A stretch of 39,390 bases of DNA. Origin: Spirochaetota bacterium (GTDB taxonomy: Bacteria > Spirochaetota > B62-G9 > DRHN01). Numbering within the stretch: position 1 is the first letter of the stretch; each line of letters opens with the position of its first letter. This document shows, in pieces, positions 8,675 to 19,672 of this stretch. The position numbers were made by a program, and so were the translations under genes. Under the pieces are notes generated by a model that ran no database searches, was not told the origin of the DNA, and saw only the letters and a list, made by a program, of their open reading frames with translations. Where the stretch lies: NCBI GenBank assembly GCA_023136305.1, contig JAGLSF010000001.1, forward strand, positions 1-39,390, read 5' to 3'.

Positions 8675-9076
8675 GTGCCAATTTCCGAATTGAGACATGT
8701 CGCACGGGAGGCTTTCGTGGTCACGGGCATGTGTCCCGGAGAAATATCTCTCGTCGTCTGTGATGATGCATTTATATCTGAGCTTAATCGGGAGTACCGT
8801 AAAAAAAACAGACCAACCGATGTACTCTCATTCTCCATGCGCGATGTTGTGTCGGGGAATACTTCGGACCCGGTACTTGGCGATATCATTATTTCAGTTC
8901 AAACTGCCGAGGTCCAGGCTCGTGAGAACGGCACAACGATCGAGGAGGAATTCAAGTTTCTATTCACGCACGGATTGCTTCATCTCCTCGGATACACCCA
9001 TGATCATAAAGATGACGAGGAGCGGATGATGGGGTTGGCGAATGAAATACTGGCAGGGATAAAGGGGAATACATGA
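8675..9076 (+). CDS. ybeY: rRNA maturation endoribonuclease YbeY
   Basis: PTDVLSF and the zinc motif HGLLHLLGYTHD. Coordinates use the first canonical start, GTG 8675. The first beta-strand of the fold appears to be encoded upstream (see findings). Confidence 0.9.
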   Translation: MPISELRHVAREAFVVTGMCPGEISLVVCDDAFISELNREYRKKNRPTDVLSFSMRDVVSGNTSDPVLGDIIISVQTAEVQARENGTTIEEEFKFLFTHGLLHLLGYTHDHKDDEERMMGLANEILAGIKGNT

Positions 9077-9879
9077 ACATCAGGTTTTTCAAGAAGAAGA
9101 GAAACAACAAATTCGAGGAAATCATTGCAGAGGACAACCATGAGATCGAACAGGAAGAGCGTGAAATGATTCGCGGCATTTTCGGTCTCGGAGAAACGAC
9201 AGTCAGGTCAATTATGGTACCGAGGACAGATGTGGTTGCCATTCCTGCCGATGAAGATTTCAGCCGCATGGTAACAACCATTATTAAAAGCGGTCATTCG
9301 AGAATACCGGTTTACGGGGACACCATTGACAATATAAAGGGTTTCCTCTACGCAAAGGACCTCCTCTCCTATCTCCTGAAGGGAGAATCGCCATCTGATA
9401 TAACAAAGATATTGAGGTCCGTGAGATTTGTACCCGAGGGGAAGATGATCGATGACCTCCTCAAAGAACTTCAGAAGAGAAAGGAACATATTGCCATTGT
9501 TATCGACGAATACGGCGGAATGGCGGGGATTGTGTGCCTCGAGGATATACTGGAGGAGATAGTAGGCGAAATACAGGATGAGTATGACAACGAGGAGGAG
9601 GAGATCAAGAGCGTGGGGGTGAATATGTGGGTGTGTGATGCACGGACCCAGATCCAGGACATCAACGAGGAACTGGGCACCGATCTGCCCATGAACGGCA
9701 GTGACACACTCGGAGGATTCGTTTTCAATGTGTTCGGTAAAATACCGGTCCCCCATGAAGAGATCACCTATGGAGATACACACTTCAGAATCGAAACTAT
9801 GGATGGGCACAGTATTAAAAGAATACGGGTACGCACAAAGGTCGTGCAGGATGAGAACGAGAACGACCAGCGCCACTGA
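9073..9879 (+). CDS. corC: CBS-pair plus CorC/HlyC C-terminal domain protein (CorC/YbeX-like)
   Basis: GLGETTVRSIMVPRTDV, a CBS pair, IVIDEYGGMAGIVCLEDILEEIVGEIQDE, and a transporter-associated C-terminal domain. ATGA overlap with the ybeY stop. Confidence 0.85.
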   Translation: MNIRFFKKKRNNKFEEIIAEDNHEIEQEEREMIRGIFGLGETTVRSIMVPRTDVVAIPADEDFSRMVTTIIKSGHSRIPVYGDTIDNIKGFLYAKDLLSYLLKGESPSDITKILRSVRFVPEGKMIDDLLKELQKRKEHIAIVIDEYGGMAGIVCLEDILEEIVGEIQDEYDNEEEEIKSVGVNMWVCDARTQIQDINEELGTDLPMNGSDTLGGFVFNVFGKIPVPHEEITYGDTHFRIETMDGHSIKRIRVRTKVVQDENENDQRH

Positions 9880-9885
9880 TAGCTT

Positions 9886-10668
9886 GTGAATAATCGCTAT
9901 TTAAAAACCAATGCCATAGTGCTCACCTCAACCCAGTTCGGTGAAGGACACAAGATGGTGAAGCTGTATACGGAAGAACTGGGCAGAACAGAAGCAGCTG
10001 CATTCGGTGCTCGTAAAACAAAAAGCAGGTTCGGCAGCAGACTCGAACCCTTTACTACAGGTATTTTTCTCCTCTATCACAAAGACGAGCACAGTCCCTT
10101 TTCGATACAGGATGTGGAAGTGACCGGTCAGAATGGTGCAATACGTGAAGACCTGAACAGGTTCCTCATCGGCAATGCGGTCGTTGAACCTGTCGTACGC
10201 TTTGTGGAGAGGGCACATCGCGATAGAGAGTTGTATGAGATATTGTCATCAACACTGGGACTTCTCAACATCATAGGGATTACAAAGGGTCTGTACCTTC
10301 TTTCCATGTACGATCTCAATTTCCTCTCCATAATGGGATACAAGCCGGATTGGGACAATTGTGTGAAATGTTCGAATCCCATGCAAAATGGAGAAACCTT
10401 TTCCGATGCTGCTGCAGGCTTCCCCCTCTGTTTTCGCTGCCATACATCTTCATCGATTGCAGTATCACCTGGAGCGATGCGTTTCGTGAAGTGGGCCCTG
10501 CAGACACCCCTCCACTACGCTGAAAAGGTGAGGATGGAAGGTGAAACGCTCAATCAGATACGCCAAATAATAGAGCACCTCTTCCTCTGCACCTTTCAGC
10601 GGGTTCCTGACAGCTGGCATCAGATGAAGAATATTCTCAACTATTCCCGGTACGCATCTGAAGGTTAG
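9886..10668 (+). CDS. recO: DNA repair protein RecO
   Basis: 260-aa product with an N-terminal OB-fold region (AIVLTSTQFGEGHKMVKLYTEELGR...GARKTKSRF) and a Cys4 zinc module (CVKC...CFRC). GTG start. Confidence 0.88.
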   Translation: MNNRYLKTNAIVLTSTQFGEGHKMVKLYTEELGRTEAAAFGARKTKSRFGSRLEPFTTGIFLLYHKDEHSPFSIQDVEVTGQNGAIREDLNRFLIGNAVVEPVVRFVERAHRDRELYEILSSTLGLLNIIGITKGLYLLSMYDLNFLSIMGYKPDWDNCVKCSNPMQNGETFSDAAAGFPLCFRCHTSSSIAVSPGAMRFVKWALQTPLHYAEKVRMEGETLNQIRQIIEHLFLCTFQRVPDSWHQMKNILNYSRYASEG

Positions 10669-10673
10669 AAGTT

Positions 10674-11915
10674 GTGATTGAAGCCCAGATTGTCACAGTC
10701 GGACAGGAACTCCTCAGGGGAGAAATCCCCAACACCAATGCTGTGTTTATCGCACAGGAGCTTCGAAAACGGGGTATTATGGTAAAATTCATCCTCACGC
10801 TTCCCGATTGCAGGCAAACCGCGGCGGAGCAGTTGAAGCGATGTATGCTTAAAAAGGGCATTGTCATCATGACGGGAGGTCTGGGCGGCACTGCTGATGA
10901 TGTCACGCGTACCATTGTGAGTGACGTGCTGAAGCGAGAGCTGATCGTTGACCACAAGGGAGAAACGCATCTCAGAGAGTGGTACAGGACAAGGGGGAGG
11001 GGATTTGAGGATTCGGACAGGCTGCAGGCCGCTTTTCCCACGGGAGGCAGATTGCTTCCCAACAGAGTGGGACTCGCATATGGGTTTTACATTCAGCATG
11101 AAGACAGGCACATCTTCTCACTTCCGGGTGTTCCAGCAGAGATGAGAGGTATGTTTCAGGATAGTGTCGTTTCCATCCTGGAGGACATGGGACTTGTTCG
11201 AAGAGAGAATGAGCACTGCATGCTCAATTTTATCAACATATCAGAATACACCCTTGACAGGATTGTACACGGCATTGTCCAGAAATATGAAGGCATCACC
11301 TATGGTACACGCGCGAGCAACGGTCTCATCCGGATCCTCTTTGAGTCCCGAACAGATCCTTTGGCAGAATGTCTCGCGAAAGTCGAGAAGGAAATTCCGG
11401 ACAACTTTGTGTACAGAGGGGAACGGAGCCTCGAAGAAGTGGTTGGCAGCCTTCTCCAGGCACAGAACCAAACGCTGTCAGTTGCTGAGTCTTGTACAGG
11501 CGGACTCCTCGCAAAGGTGCTCACCGATATTCCGGGAAGCTCCAACTACTTCCTGGGAGGGGTTGTGGCCTACAGCAACGAGATCAAGCGTCAACTGCTG
11601 GACGTACAGGCCGAAACGCTTACAGATTACGGAGCAGTGAGTGAACAAACGGCCATGGAAATGGCAACAGGCGTCATGATGCGCTTCTCCTCCACTATTG
11701 CACTTTCCGTCACAGGTATTGCCGGACCTGACGGCGGTACCCTCGATAAACCTGTTGGAACCGTATACATCTGCGCTGCAGGAAGAGACGGTTTTTTACA
11801 GATGGAGAGAAGTCAGTACATGGGTGACAGAGATACCATACGGAAGAGAAGCGTGAACAAGGCACTTTCAATGGTATTTCTGCATCTTCGTGAACAACAG
11901 GGGAGTGTGACATGA
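10674..11915 (+). CDS. cinA: CinA-family protein (MoCF-binding domain plus nicotinamide-nucleotide amidohydrolase PncC domain)
   Basis: N-terminal IVTVGQELLRGEIPNTN and GGLGGTADD. The C-terminal PncC signature is LSVAESCTGGLLA...VTGIAGPDGG. Confidence 0.9.
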   Translation: MIEAQIVTVGQELLRGEIPNTNAVFIAQELRKRGIMVKFILTLPDCRQTAAEQLKRCMLKKGIVIMTGGLGGTADDVTRTIVSDVLKRELIVDHKGETHLREWYRTRGRGFEDSDRLQAAFPTGGRLLPNRVGLAYGFYIQHEDRHIFSLPGVPAEMRGMFQDSVVSILEDMGLVRRENEHCMLNFINISEYTLDRIVHGIVQKYEGITYGTRASNGLIRILFESRTDPLAECLAKVEKEIPDNFVYRGERSLEEVVGSLLQAQNQTLSVAESCTGGLLAKVLTDIPGSSNYFLGGVVAYSNEIKRQLLDVQAETLTDYGAVSEQTAMEMATGVMMRFSSTIALSVTGIAGPDGGTLDKPVGTVYICAAGRDGFLQMERSQYMGDRDTIRKRSVNKALSMVFLHLREQQGSVT

Positions 11916-12466
11916 GAACATTCCTGGCCTTCGAAGTCGAGGAAGGGGTGAAGGAAAAAATCCTGAACCTAACCGACCATTTCAGGGGTATTGACAGGGG
12001 TGTGCGCTGGATCAGACCTGAAAACAGTCATGTGACCATCCATTTCTTCGGTGAGGTCGATGAAGAAAATATTCCAGAACTCGAGGGTATTATCAGGGAT
12101 GCTACGCAGGGGATCAGCCCGTTTACCATTGAGATTCGCGGAATTTCTGCCTTCCCCTCTCTTGAAAGGGCGCGTGTCATCTGGTATGGGACCCGTATCC
12201 ATGAGCAGCTTAATGCTGTATACAACAATGTGCGCGATGGCCTGAAGGGGAGAGGCATTGTTGAAAAACTCGAGACAAGGCCATACACTCCACATCTCAC
12301 TGCGGGTCGTGTCAAGGGAAGGATAAAACCGCGGCTTGTAGATGAGATAAGGCATCACGAAAAGGAGGAGTTCGGCTCCTTTACGGTCGGAATACTGGTG
12401 CTTTTCAAATCGACACTCACAGCTACGGGACCTCATTATAAGAAACTAGCACTTTTCAACCTTTGA
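11912..12466 (+). CDS. thpR: RNA 2',3'-cyclic phosphodiesterase (2H family, ThpR/LigT)
   Basis: Two H-x-T/S-x motifs (HVTIHFFG and PHLTAGR) at the spacing typical of 2H phosphoesterases. 4-nt overlap with cinA. Confidence 0.85.
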   Translation: MRTFLAFEVEEGVKEKILNLTDHFRGIDRGVRWIRPENSHVTIHFFGEVDEENIPELEGIIRDATQGISPFTIEIRGISAFPSLERARVIWYGTRIHEQLNAVYNNVRDGLKGRGIVEKLETRPYTPHLTAGRVKGRIKPRLVDEIRHHEKEEFGSFTVGILVLFKSTLTATGPHYKKLALFNL

Positions 12467-12473
12467 GATACCT

Positions 12474-13016
12474 ATGGGACAGATTACACAACCTCCAAAG
12501 GCTCTACTCTTTTTCGGAATACTCCGTTCCCCATCCGTGGACTTTGAAACGCTGAAATGTGACTTGGAGAAGACTTTTGGTACTATTGTTCTGAAATCAG
12601 ACTCATTTCCCTTTCACGAAACGGATTACTACCGTGATGAAATGGGTGAGGAGCTTGTGAGAACCTGGATTGGTTTCGACTGCCTCATTGAACCCAACCG
12701 GCTTGTTGACATCAAACATGAGTGCAACAGTATCGAAAATGAACGGTACTCTGTTTCTGGCAGAAGAATGGTAAACCTCGATCCCGGTTACCTCACCCTG
12801 GGAAAGGTTGTGCTTGCATCAACCAAGAATAATCAGCATCGGCTCTATCTTGGGAGGGGTATATTTGGTGAAGCCACGCTTCGTTACAGAAGAAAGTGTT
12901 TTGAACCCTGGGAATGGACATTCAGTGATTACAGACGAAAAGAGGCTGAGCACTTTTTCATACAGCTGAGAATTATTCTAAAAAAATACCTGCAAAAACT
13001 CCAAGGTGGAAAATGA
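12474..13016 (+). CDS. Conserved hypothetical protein (DUF4416-like)
   Basis: 180-aa ORF. From memory, the pattern ...DYYRDEMG...RRMVNLDPGYLTLGKVVLASTKNNQHRLYLGRGIFGEATLRY...FEPWEWTFSDYR matches DUF4416 proteins. The family assignment is unverified. Confidence 0.6.
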   Translation: MGQITQPPKALLFFGILRSPSVDFETLKCDLEKTFGTIVLKSDSFPFHETDYYRDEMGEELVRTWIGFDCLIEPNRLVDIKHECNSIENERYSVSGRRMVNLDPGYLTLGKVVLASTKNNQHRLYLGRGIFGEATLRYRRKCFEPWEWTFSDYRRKEAEHFFIQLRIILKKYLQKLQGGK

Positions 13017-13041
13017 AGCACTTCCATAGGGCTCTAATTTA

Positions 13042-13070
13042 TTTACCTGTAGGCATTTTACTGCTATTAT
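13042..13070 (+). promoter_or_regulatory. Candidate sigma70-type promoter for yebC-ruvCAB
   Basis: TTTACC (13042..13047), a 17-nt spacer, then TATTAT (13065..13070), in the 75-nt gap upstream of yebC. Confidence 0.35.
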
Positions 13071-13103
13071 AGAGATGGTATCAGCATATGTATGGAGGAT
13101 ACT

Positions 13104-13853
13104 ATGTCAGGTCACAGCAAATGGCATTCCATTAAACACAAGAAGGGCGCTGTTGATGCAAAGAGGGGTAAGCTCTTCACAAAACTCATCAAAGAGATAA
13201 CGGTGGCTGCGCGGTTGGGCGGCGGAGACCTCGATGCCAATCCTAGACTGAGAACGGTCGTGGCCAAGGCAAAAGAGGCCAACATGCCCAAGGATAATAT
13301 CGAAAAAGCTATTAAAAAGGGAACCGGCGAGCTCGAAGGCTACAACTTAGAGGAGATCAGCTATGAAGGATACGGCCCCAATGGTGTTGCCATCATGATC
13401 GATACACTGACAGATAATCGTAACCGGACAACTGCGGAAGTTCGGTCTGTATTGACGAAGAGCGGCGGTAATCTCGGCGAGAATGGCTGCGTGTCCTGGA
13501 TATTCGAGAAAAAGGGCGTCATAACACTCAGTGCAGAAAAGTATGATGAGAACATTGTCATGGAGGTCGCCCTCGATGCGGGAGCGGACGACATACAGGG
13601 TGATGACAATGTCTGGGAAGTCACAACCACACCAGAAAATTATGAAACACTTCGAAACGCATTCATCGACAGGGGAATGGAACTCATTGTGAGCGATATC
13701 ATGTGGGTTCCAAAAACCACGGTTAAACTGGACGAAAAAGCGGCCTCAAAGGTGCTGTCCCTCATAGAGAGGCTCGAAGACAACGACGATGTGCAGAACG
13801 TGGCGTCCAATTTCGACATTCCCGATGAGATACTGCAGAGTATGGGTGAGTAG
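13104..13853 (+). CDS. yebC: YebC/PmpR-family DNA-binding transcriptional regulator
   Basis: Canonical N-terminus MSGHSKWHSIKHKKGAVDAKRGKLFTKL. GGAGG lies just upstream of ATG 13104. The ORF opens at 13092. Confidence 0.92.
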   Translation: MSGHSKWHSIKHKKGAVDAKRGKLFTKLIKEITVAARLGGGDLDANPRLRTVVAKAKEANMPKDNIEKAIKKGTGELEGYNLEEISYEGYGPNGVAIMIDTLTDNRNRTTAEVRSVLTKSGGNLGENGCVSWIFEKKGVITLSAEKYDENIVMEVALDAGADDIQGDDNVWEVTTTPENYETLRNAFIDRGMELIVSDIMWVPKTTVKLDEKAASKVLSLIERLEDNDDVQNVASNFDIPDEILQSMGE

Positions 13854-13898
13854 CGTCCTCATTCGTGACCACACACTGTATTGTTCAAGGAACACGCT

Positions 13899-14372
13899 GT
13901 GAAGATAATGGGAATTGATCCCGGCATCGCATCAACGGGTTACGGTGTCATTGAAACCGCGAAACATAAAAGGCTTGTCTTGATCGATCGTGGTATGATC
14001 ACTACATCGTCAAAGATGAGCCAAGGTGAGCGACTCAAATATATCTATGGAGTAATTACGCACAAGCTTGAAGAGCATCGACCCGATGCGCTTGCAATTG
14101 AGAGTCTCTTTCACAGCAGGAACCTCAAGGCTCTCGTTGACGTCAGCGAGGCAATTGGTGTTGTCACGCTGGCCGCTTCCCATTTCAATATAGCAGTCAC
14201 AAAGTTTACGCCATTGAAAGTAAAATCAGCAATCGTAGGGTTTGGAAAAGCTGACAAGGAGCAGGTACAGGAAATGATCATGAGGCTGTTGGACCTTGGA
14301 GCTCCACCGAAACCTCATCATGTATCCGATGCGCTTGCAGTTGCCATCTGCTACAGCAATCTCACCTGCTGA
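13899..14372 (+). CDS. ruvC: Crossover junction endodeoxyribonuclease RuvC
   Basis: IMGIDPGIASTGYGVIE and the C-terminal HVSDALAVAICY. AAGGAA lies 7 nt upstream of GTG 13899. The ORF opens at TTG 13881. Confidence 0.92.
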   Translation: MKIMGIDPGIASTGYGVIETAKHKRLVLIDRGMITTSSKMSQGERLKYIYGVITHKLEEHRPDALAIESLFHSRNLKALVDVSEAIGVVTLAASHFNIAVTKFTPLKVKSAIVGFGKADKEQVQEMIMRLLDLGAPPKPHHVSDALAVAICYSNLTC

Positions 14373-14505
14373 TTCATGAAACAGCTTTGAGAGCACCCTG
14401 CATCACCTTGAAAATAGGGATTGCCCTTTTTCGTCTTTTCAAGTAAGCTAACCATAGTTTTTTTCCTCACGAAATTGCGAACCTCCGAGGTTATCCCAAA
14501 GAGCA

Positions 14506-15105
14506 ATGATTGGTTATCTGAAAGGCTACGTCAGCGAAGTTGATATGGAATCATGCATTGTAGACGTGAGCGGTGTCGGCTACCTCGTTTTCTGTGCAGA
14601 GAGTACCCTTGAACAATTGAGGGAGAAGGTTGGTACACAGGAGCTCATTAAGCTCCTCACCAGGGTCCTGCACAGAGAAGACATGCTGGATATATATGGA
14701 TTCCTGCACAAGGATGAATACACACTGTTCAATATGCTGCTCAGGGTAAGCGGCATCGGACCAAAACAGGCACTGAAGATACTTGGGATGGGAAAAACCG
14801 CCCAAATCGTTCGCGCAATTGTAACGGGTGATGATTCCTTTCTCATGCAGCTCTCAGGCATCGGAAAGAAGAGGGCCCAGCAGATTATATTTGATCTCCG
14901 GGAACGACTGAAAAGCACCTTTGAGGTAGCTCCGGCTGAAAAATCCTCAGTGTATACCATGGCAGTCTCAGCACTGGAAAAACTCGGATTCTCCGGTTTC
15001 GAGTCACGGGAGGCCGTTGATCGGGTAATGGCATCGCAGGGGGAAAGTCCTGATGTTGCACATATAATAGAGGATGCACTGAAGCAGCTCTCAACAGGCG
15101 TATAA
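14506..15105 (+). CDS. ruvA: Holliday junction branch migration complex subunit RuvA
   Basis: MIGYLKGYV..., HhH motifs ([13 protein letters not shown] and [13 protein letters not shown]), and a C-terminal domain III. Confidence 0.92.
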   Translation: MIGYLKGYVSEVDMESCIVDVSGVGYLVFCAESTLEQLREKVGTQELIKLLTRVLHREDMLDIYGFLHKDEYTLFNMLLRVSGIGPKQALKILGMGKTAQIVRAIVTGDDSFLMQLSGIGKKRAQQIIFDLRERLKSTFEVAPAEKSSVYTMAVSALEKLGFSGFESREAVDRVMASQGESPDVAHIIEDALKQLSTGV

Positions 15106-15110
15106 CAGGG

Positions 15111-16145
15111 ATGGAAGAAAAGGACCGCATCACAACACCGAAGAGAACCTCTGTCGATACGGACGAAAACTCACTCCGGCCGCAGCGACTCGAGGACTTC
15201 ATCGGCCAGCAGGAGCTGAAGAGACAGGTCAGTATCTATATCAAGGCAGCTTTGAAGAGGCGTGAAAGTCTCGACCATGTACTCCTCTACGGCCCACCTG
15301 GCCTTGGAAAAACCACACTGGCCCATATTATATCCAGGGAACTGAATGTGGGATTCAAGTCCACGTCTGCGCCTGCAATCGAACGTCAGGGCGATCTTGC
15401 GGCAATCCTTACCTCTCTAGAGCACAACGATGTGCTCTTCATAGATGAGATCCATCGTCTGAAACCCGTTCTCGAGGAGATTCTCTATCCTGCTCTGGAG
15501 GATTATACCATCGATATCATTGTTGGTCAGGGTCCCGGTGCTCAATCCATCAAGATTAACTTAAAACCCTTTACATTCATCGGGGCTACCACAAGGGCCG
15601 GGCTTCTCAGTGCACCGCTGAGGGCCCGATTCGGCATAGTACAGAGAATTGACTTTTATAAACCCGACGATATATATCGCATCGCGAAGCGGTCTGCAGG
15701 AATTATGACTGCACAGCTCTCGGAAGAGGGGGCCCGTATCATTGCAGGTCGTTCGCGCGGGACCCCCCGTGTCGCAAACCGCATTTTGAGACGCCTGCGG
15801 GACATCGCCGAGGTGGAGGGCGACGGCGTCATTAACGAGGAAACCTGCACGAAGGGCCTGGATATGCTCGGGGTTGACGAACTCGGGCTGGACACCATGG
15901 ACAAGAGACTGGTCGATACCATTATTTCCAAGTATGACGGTGGCCCGGTGGGAATCGATACACTGGCGGTATCCATAGGTGAGGACAATCAGACTATCGA
16001 GGACATCTATGAGCCATATCTCATCCAGATTGGATTCATCAAGAGGACACCAAGAGGCAGGGTCGCTACGAAACATGCATACAACCATCTGGGGAAAACC
16101 TACACTACCGGACCGGAAGGCGAGCTGTTTCCGGATCAGGGCTAA
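15111..16145 (+). CDS. ruvB: Holliday junction branch migration DNA helicase RuvB
   Basis: [12 protein letters not shown], Walker [15 protein letters not shown], Walker [11 protein letters not shown], and [12 protein letters not shown]. Confidence 0.97.
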   Translation: MEEKDRITTPKRTSVDTDENSLRPQRLEDFIGQQELKRQVSIYIKAALKRRESLDHVLLYGPPGLGKTTLAHIISRELNVGFKSTSAPAIERQGDLAAILTSLEHNDVLFIDEIHRLKPVLEEILYPALEDYTIDIIVGQGPGAQSIKINLKPFTFIGATTRAGLLSAPLRARFGIVQRIDFYKPDDIYRIAKRSAGIMTAQLSEEGARIIAGRSRGTPRVANRILRRLRDIAEVEGDGVINEETCTKGLDMLGVDELGLDTMDKRLVDTIISKYDGGPVGIDTLAVSIGEDNQTIEDIYEPYLIQIGFIKRTPRGRVATKHAYNHLGKTYTTGPEGELFPDQG

Positions 16146-16175
16146 GCCTATCATGATGAGCAGCGAAAACACTCT

Positions 16176-17335
16176 ATGAGCATACATCGGAAAATCCAAG
16201 GCTCTGTATGTGCATGTGTTGTAATCCTTCTCATTACAGCATGCACCGGGTCTCCGACCCCCCGGAAAGGTGAAGGGGTCTGGGGTGCTGCTCCGGCACA
16301 GGAGATCATACGAATTGCCATCATGCAGTATGAGCAGGCCCTTCGGATCTCTGTTGAGGAGGGAAACATAACTGCTGGGCAGGAAACCCTTAAACTGGGG
16401 TCACCGCAAACCCTGACCGTCGATCCGGTTTCACTTCACATAGATGGAAGAACACTTCCCCTGCCAGCCATCATTGAAAGCCCGAAACCACTGCGTGTGG
16501 AGGATACATCTATCTACGGCCACCTGCTTATTCAGGATGGGTATCTCATCAGCATGCTCCCCATCGAAATCTACACCATGGGCGTTTTAAATGGCGAAGT
16601 GCCGTCTTCGTGGCCTGAAGAAGTACTCAAAGCACAGGCTGTGGTTTCACGTACCTATGCGTACTTTCGAGTTCTGCAGCACCAGGATGAGCTCTTTCAT
16701 GCGGGCAGCACTGAAATGTTTCAGAAGTTCGACTACACGGACACTAATGAGGCCATTGAGAGAGCCGTGCAGGACACGAGAGACGAGGTTTTGCTCTATC
16801 AGAATCAACCGATCGAGGCGTTTTTTCATGCATGTTCAGGAGGAAGAACGGAGAACAGCAGGGATGTGTTTCAAAAGGACCTTCCCTATCTCAGGAGTAT
16901 ACCCGATCCCTATTGTGCGAAAAATGAGCGTTTTTTCTGGAGCTACACTGCTGATGCAGCCACAATCGCCAAGGCTCTGCAGGTATCCGGTCTGATCGGT
17001 ACTAACAGCGTGAGCATCAGAGATATACGGATACACGAGCGCACGGGTTCGGGGAGAGTAGATACCTTTTCAATACAACTGAAAAATGGTGAAAGGGTGA
17101 TTGTACATGGAAATGCAATGAGGCTTGCACTGGACGCCAAATCCTTCAAGAGCCTGCTCATTACGAACATTGAAAAAAGAACGAACAGCGGAACTATGGA
17201 GTTTACCTTTGATGGCAGGGGATACGGACATGGTGTCGGGATGAGTCAGTGGGGAGCAAAGGAGATGGCAGATCAGGGATTCACCTATAGACATATTCTA
17301 AACCACTATTACCGTGGGACCCGGATTGGCACGAT

Positions 17336-17351
<16 letters not shown>
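16176..17351 (+). CDS. SpoIID/LytB-domain lipoprotein (peptidoglycan remodelling or amidase-enhancer family)
   Basis: Lipoprotein-type signal (VVILLITAC) and SpoIID-domain motifs: KAQAVVSRTYA, FHACSGGRTE and GHGVGMSQWGA. Confidence 0.85.
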
Positions 17352-19511
<2,160 letters not shown>

Positions 19512-19515
19512 TCAG

Positions 19516-19606
19516 GGCGAACTTCCAGTCTTTTCAGTATAGTATATAGAATAGAAAATTATTCGTTTTAAAAACGTTTACTCCTTAGACGTGCTGGAAG
19601 TTCGCC
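19516..19606. repeat. 13-bp perfect inverted repeat with a 65-nt AT-rich spacer, between convergent genes
   Basis: GGCGAACTTCCAG (19516..19528) pairs with CTGGAAGTTCGCC (19594..19606). An outer 5-bp extension, GTGCT (19501..19505) with AGCAC (19607..19611), spans a 10-nt bulge. An inner hairpin CGTTTT-A-AAAACG lies at 19564..19576. Confidence 0.6.
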
Positions 19607-19672
19607 AGCACCATGCTCTTTTAAACCATATTTGATTCTTTTGTTTGACGGGTTGGAAACTTGACTTTTACC

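Noticed and set aside
14480-14492. Palindrome AACCTC-C-GAGGTT upstream of ruvA, considered as an SOS (LexA) operator.
   Set aside because: It does not match the LexA box consensi I know (CTGT-N8-ACAG, GAAC-N4-GTTC, TTTG-N5-CAAA). The one-nucleotide centre makes an RNA hairpin unlikely. There is no second copy upstream of other repair genes in the window.
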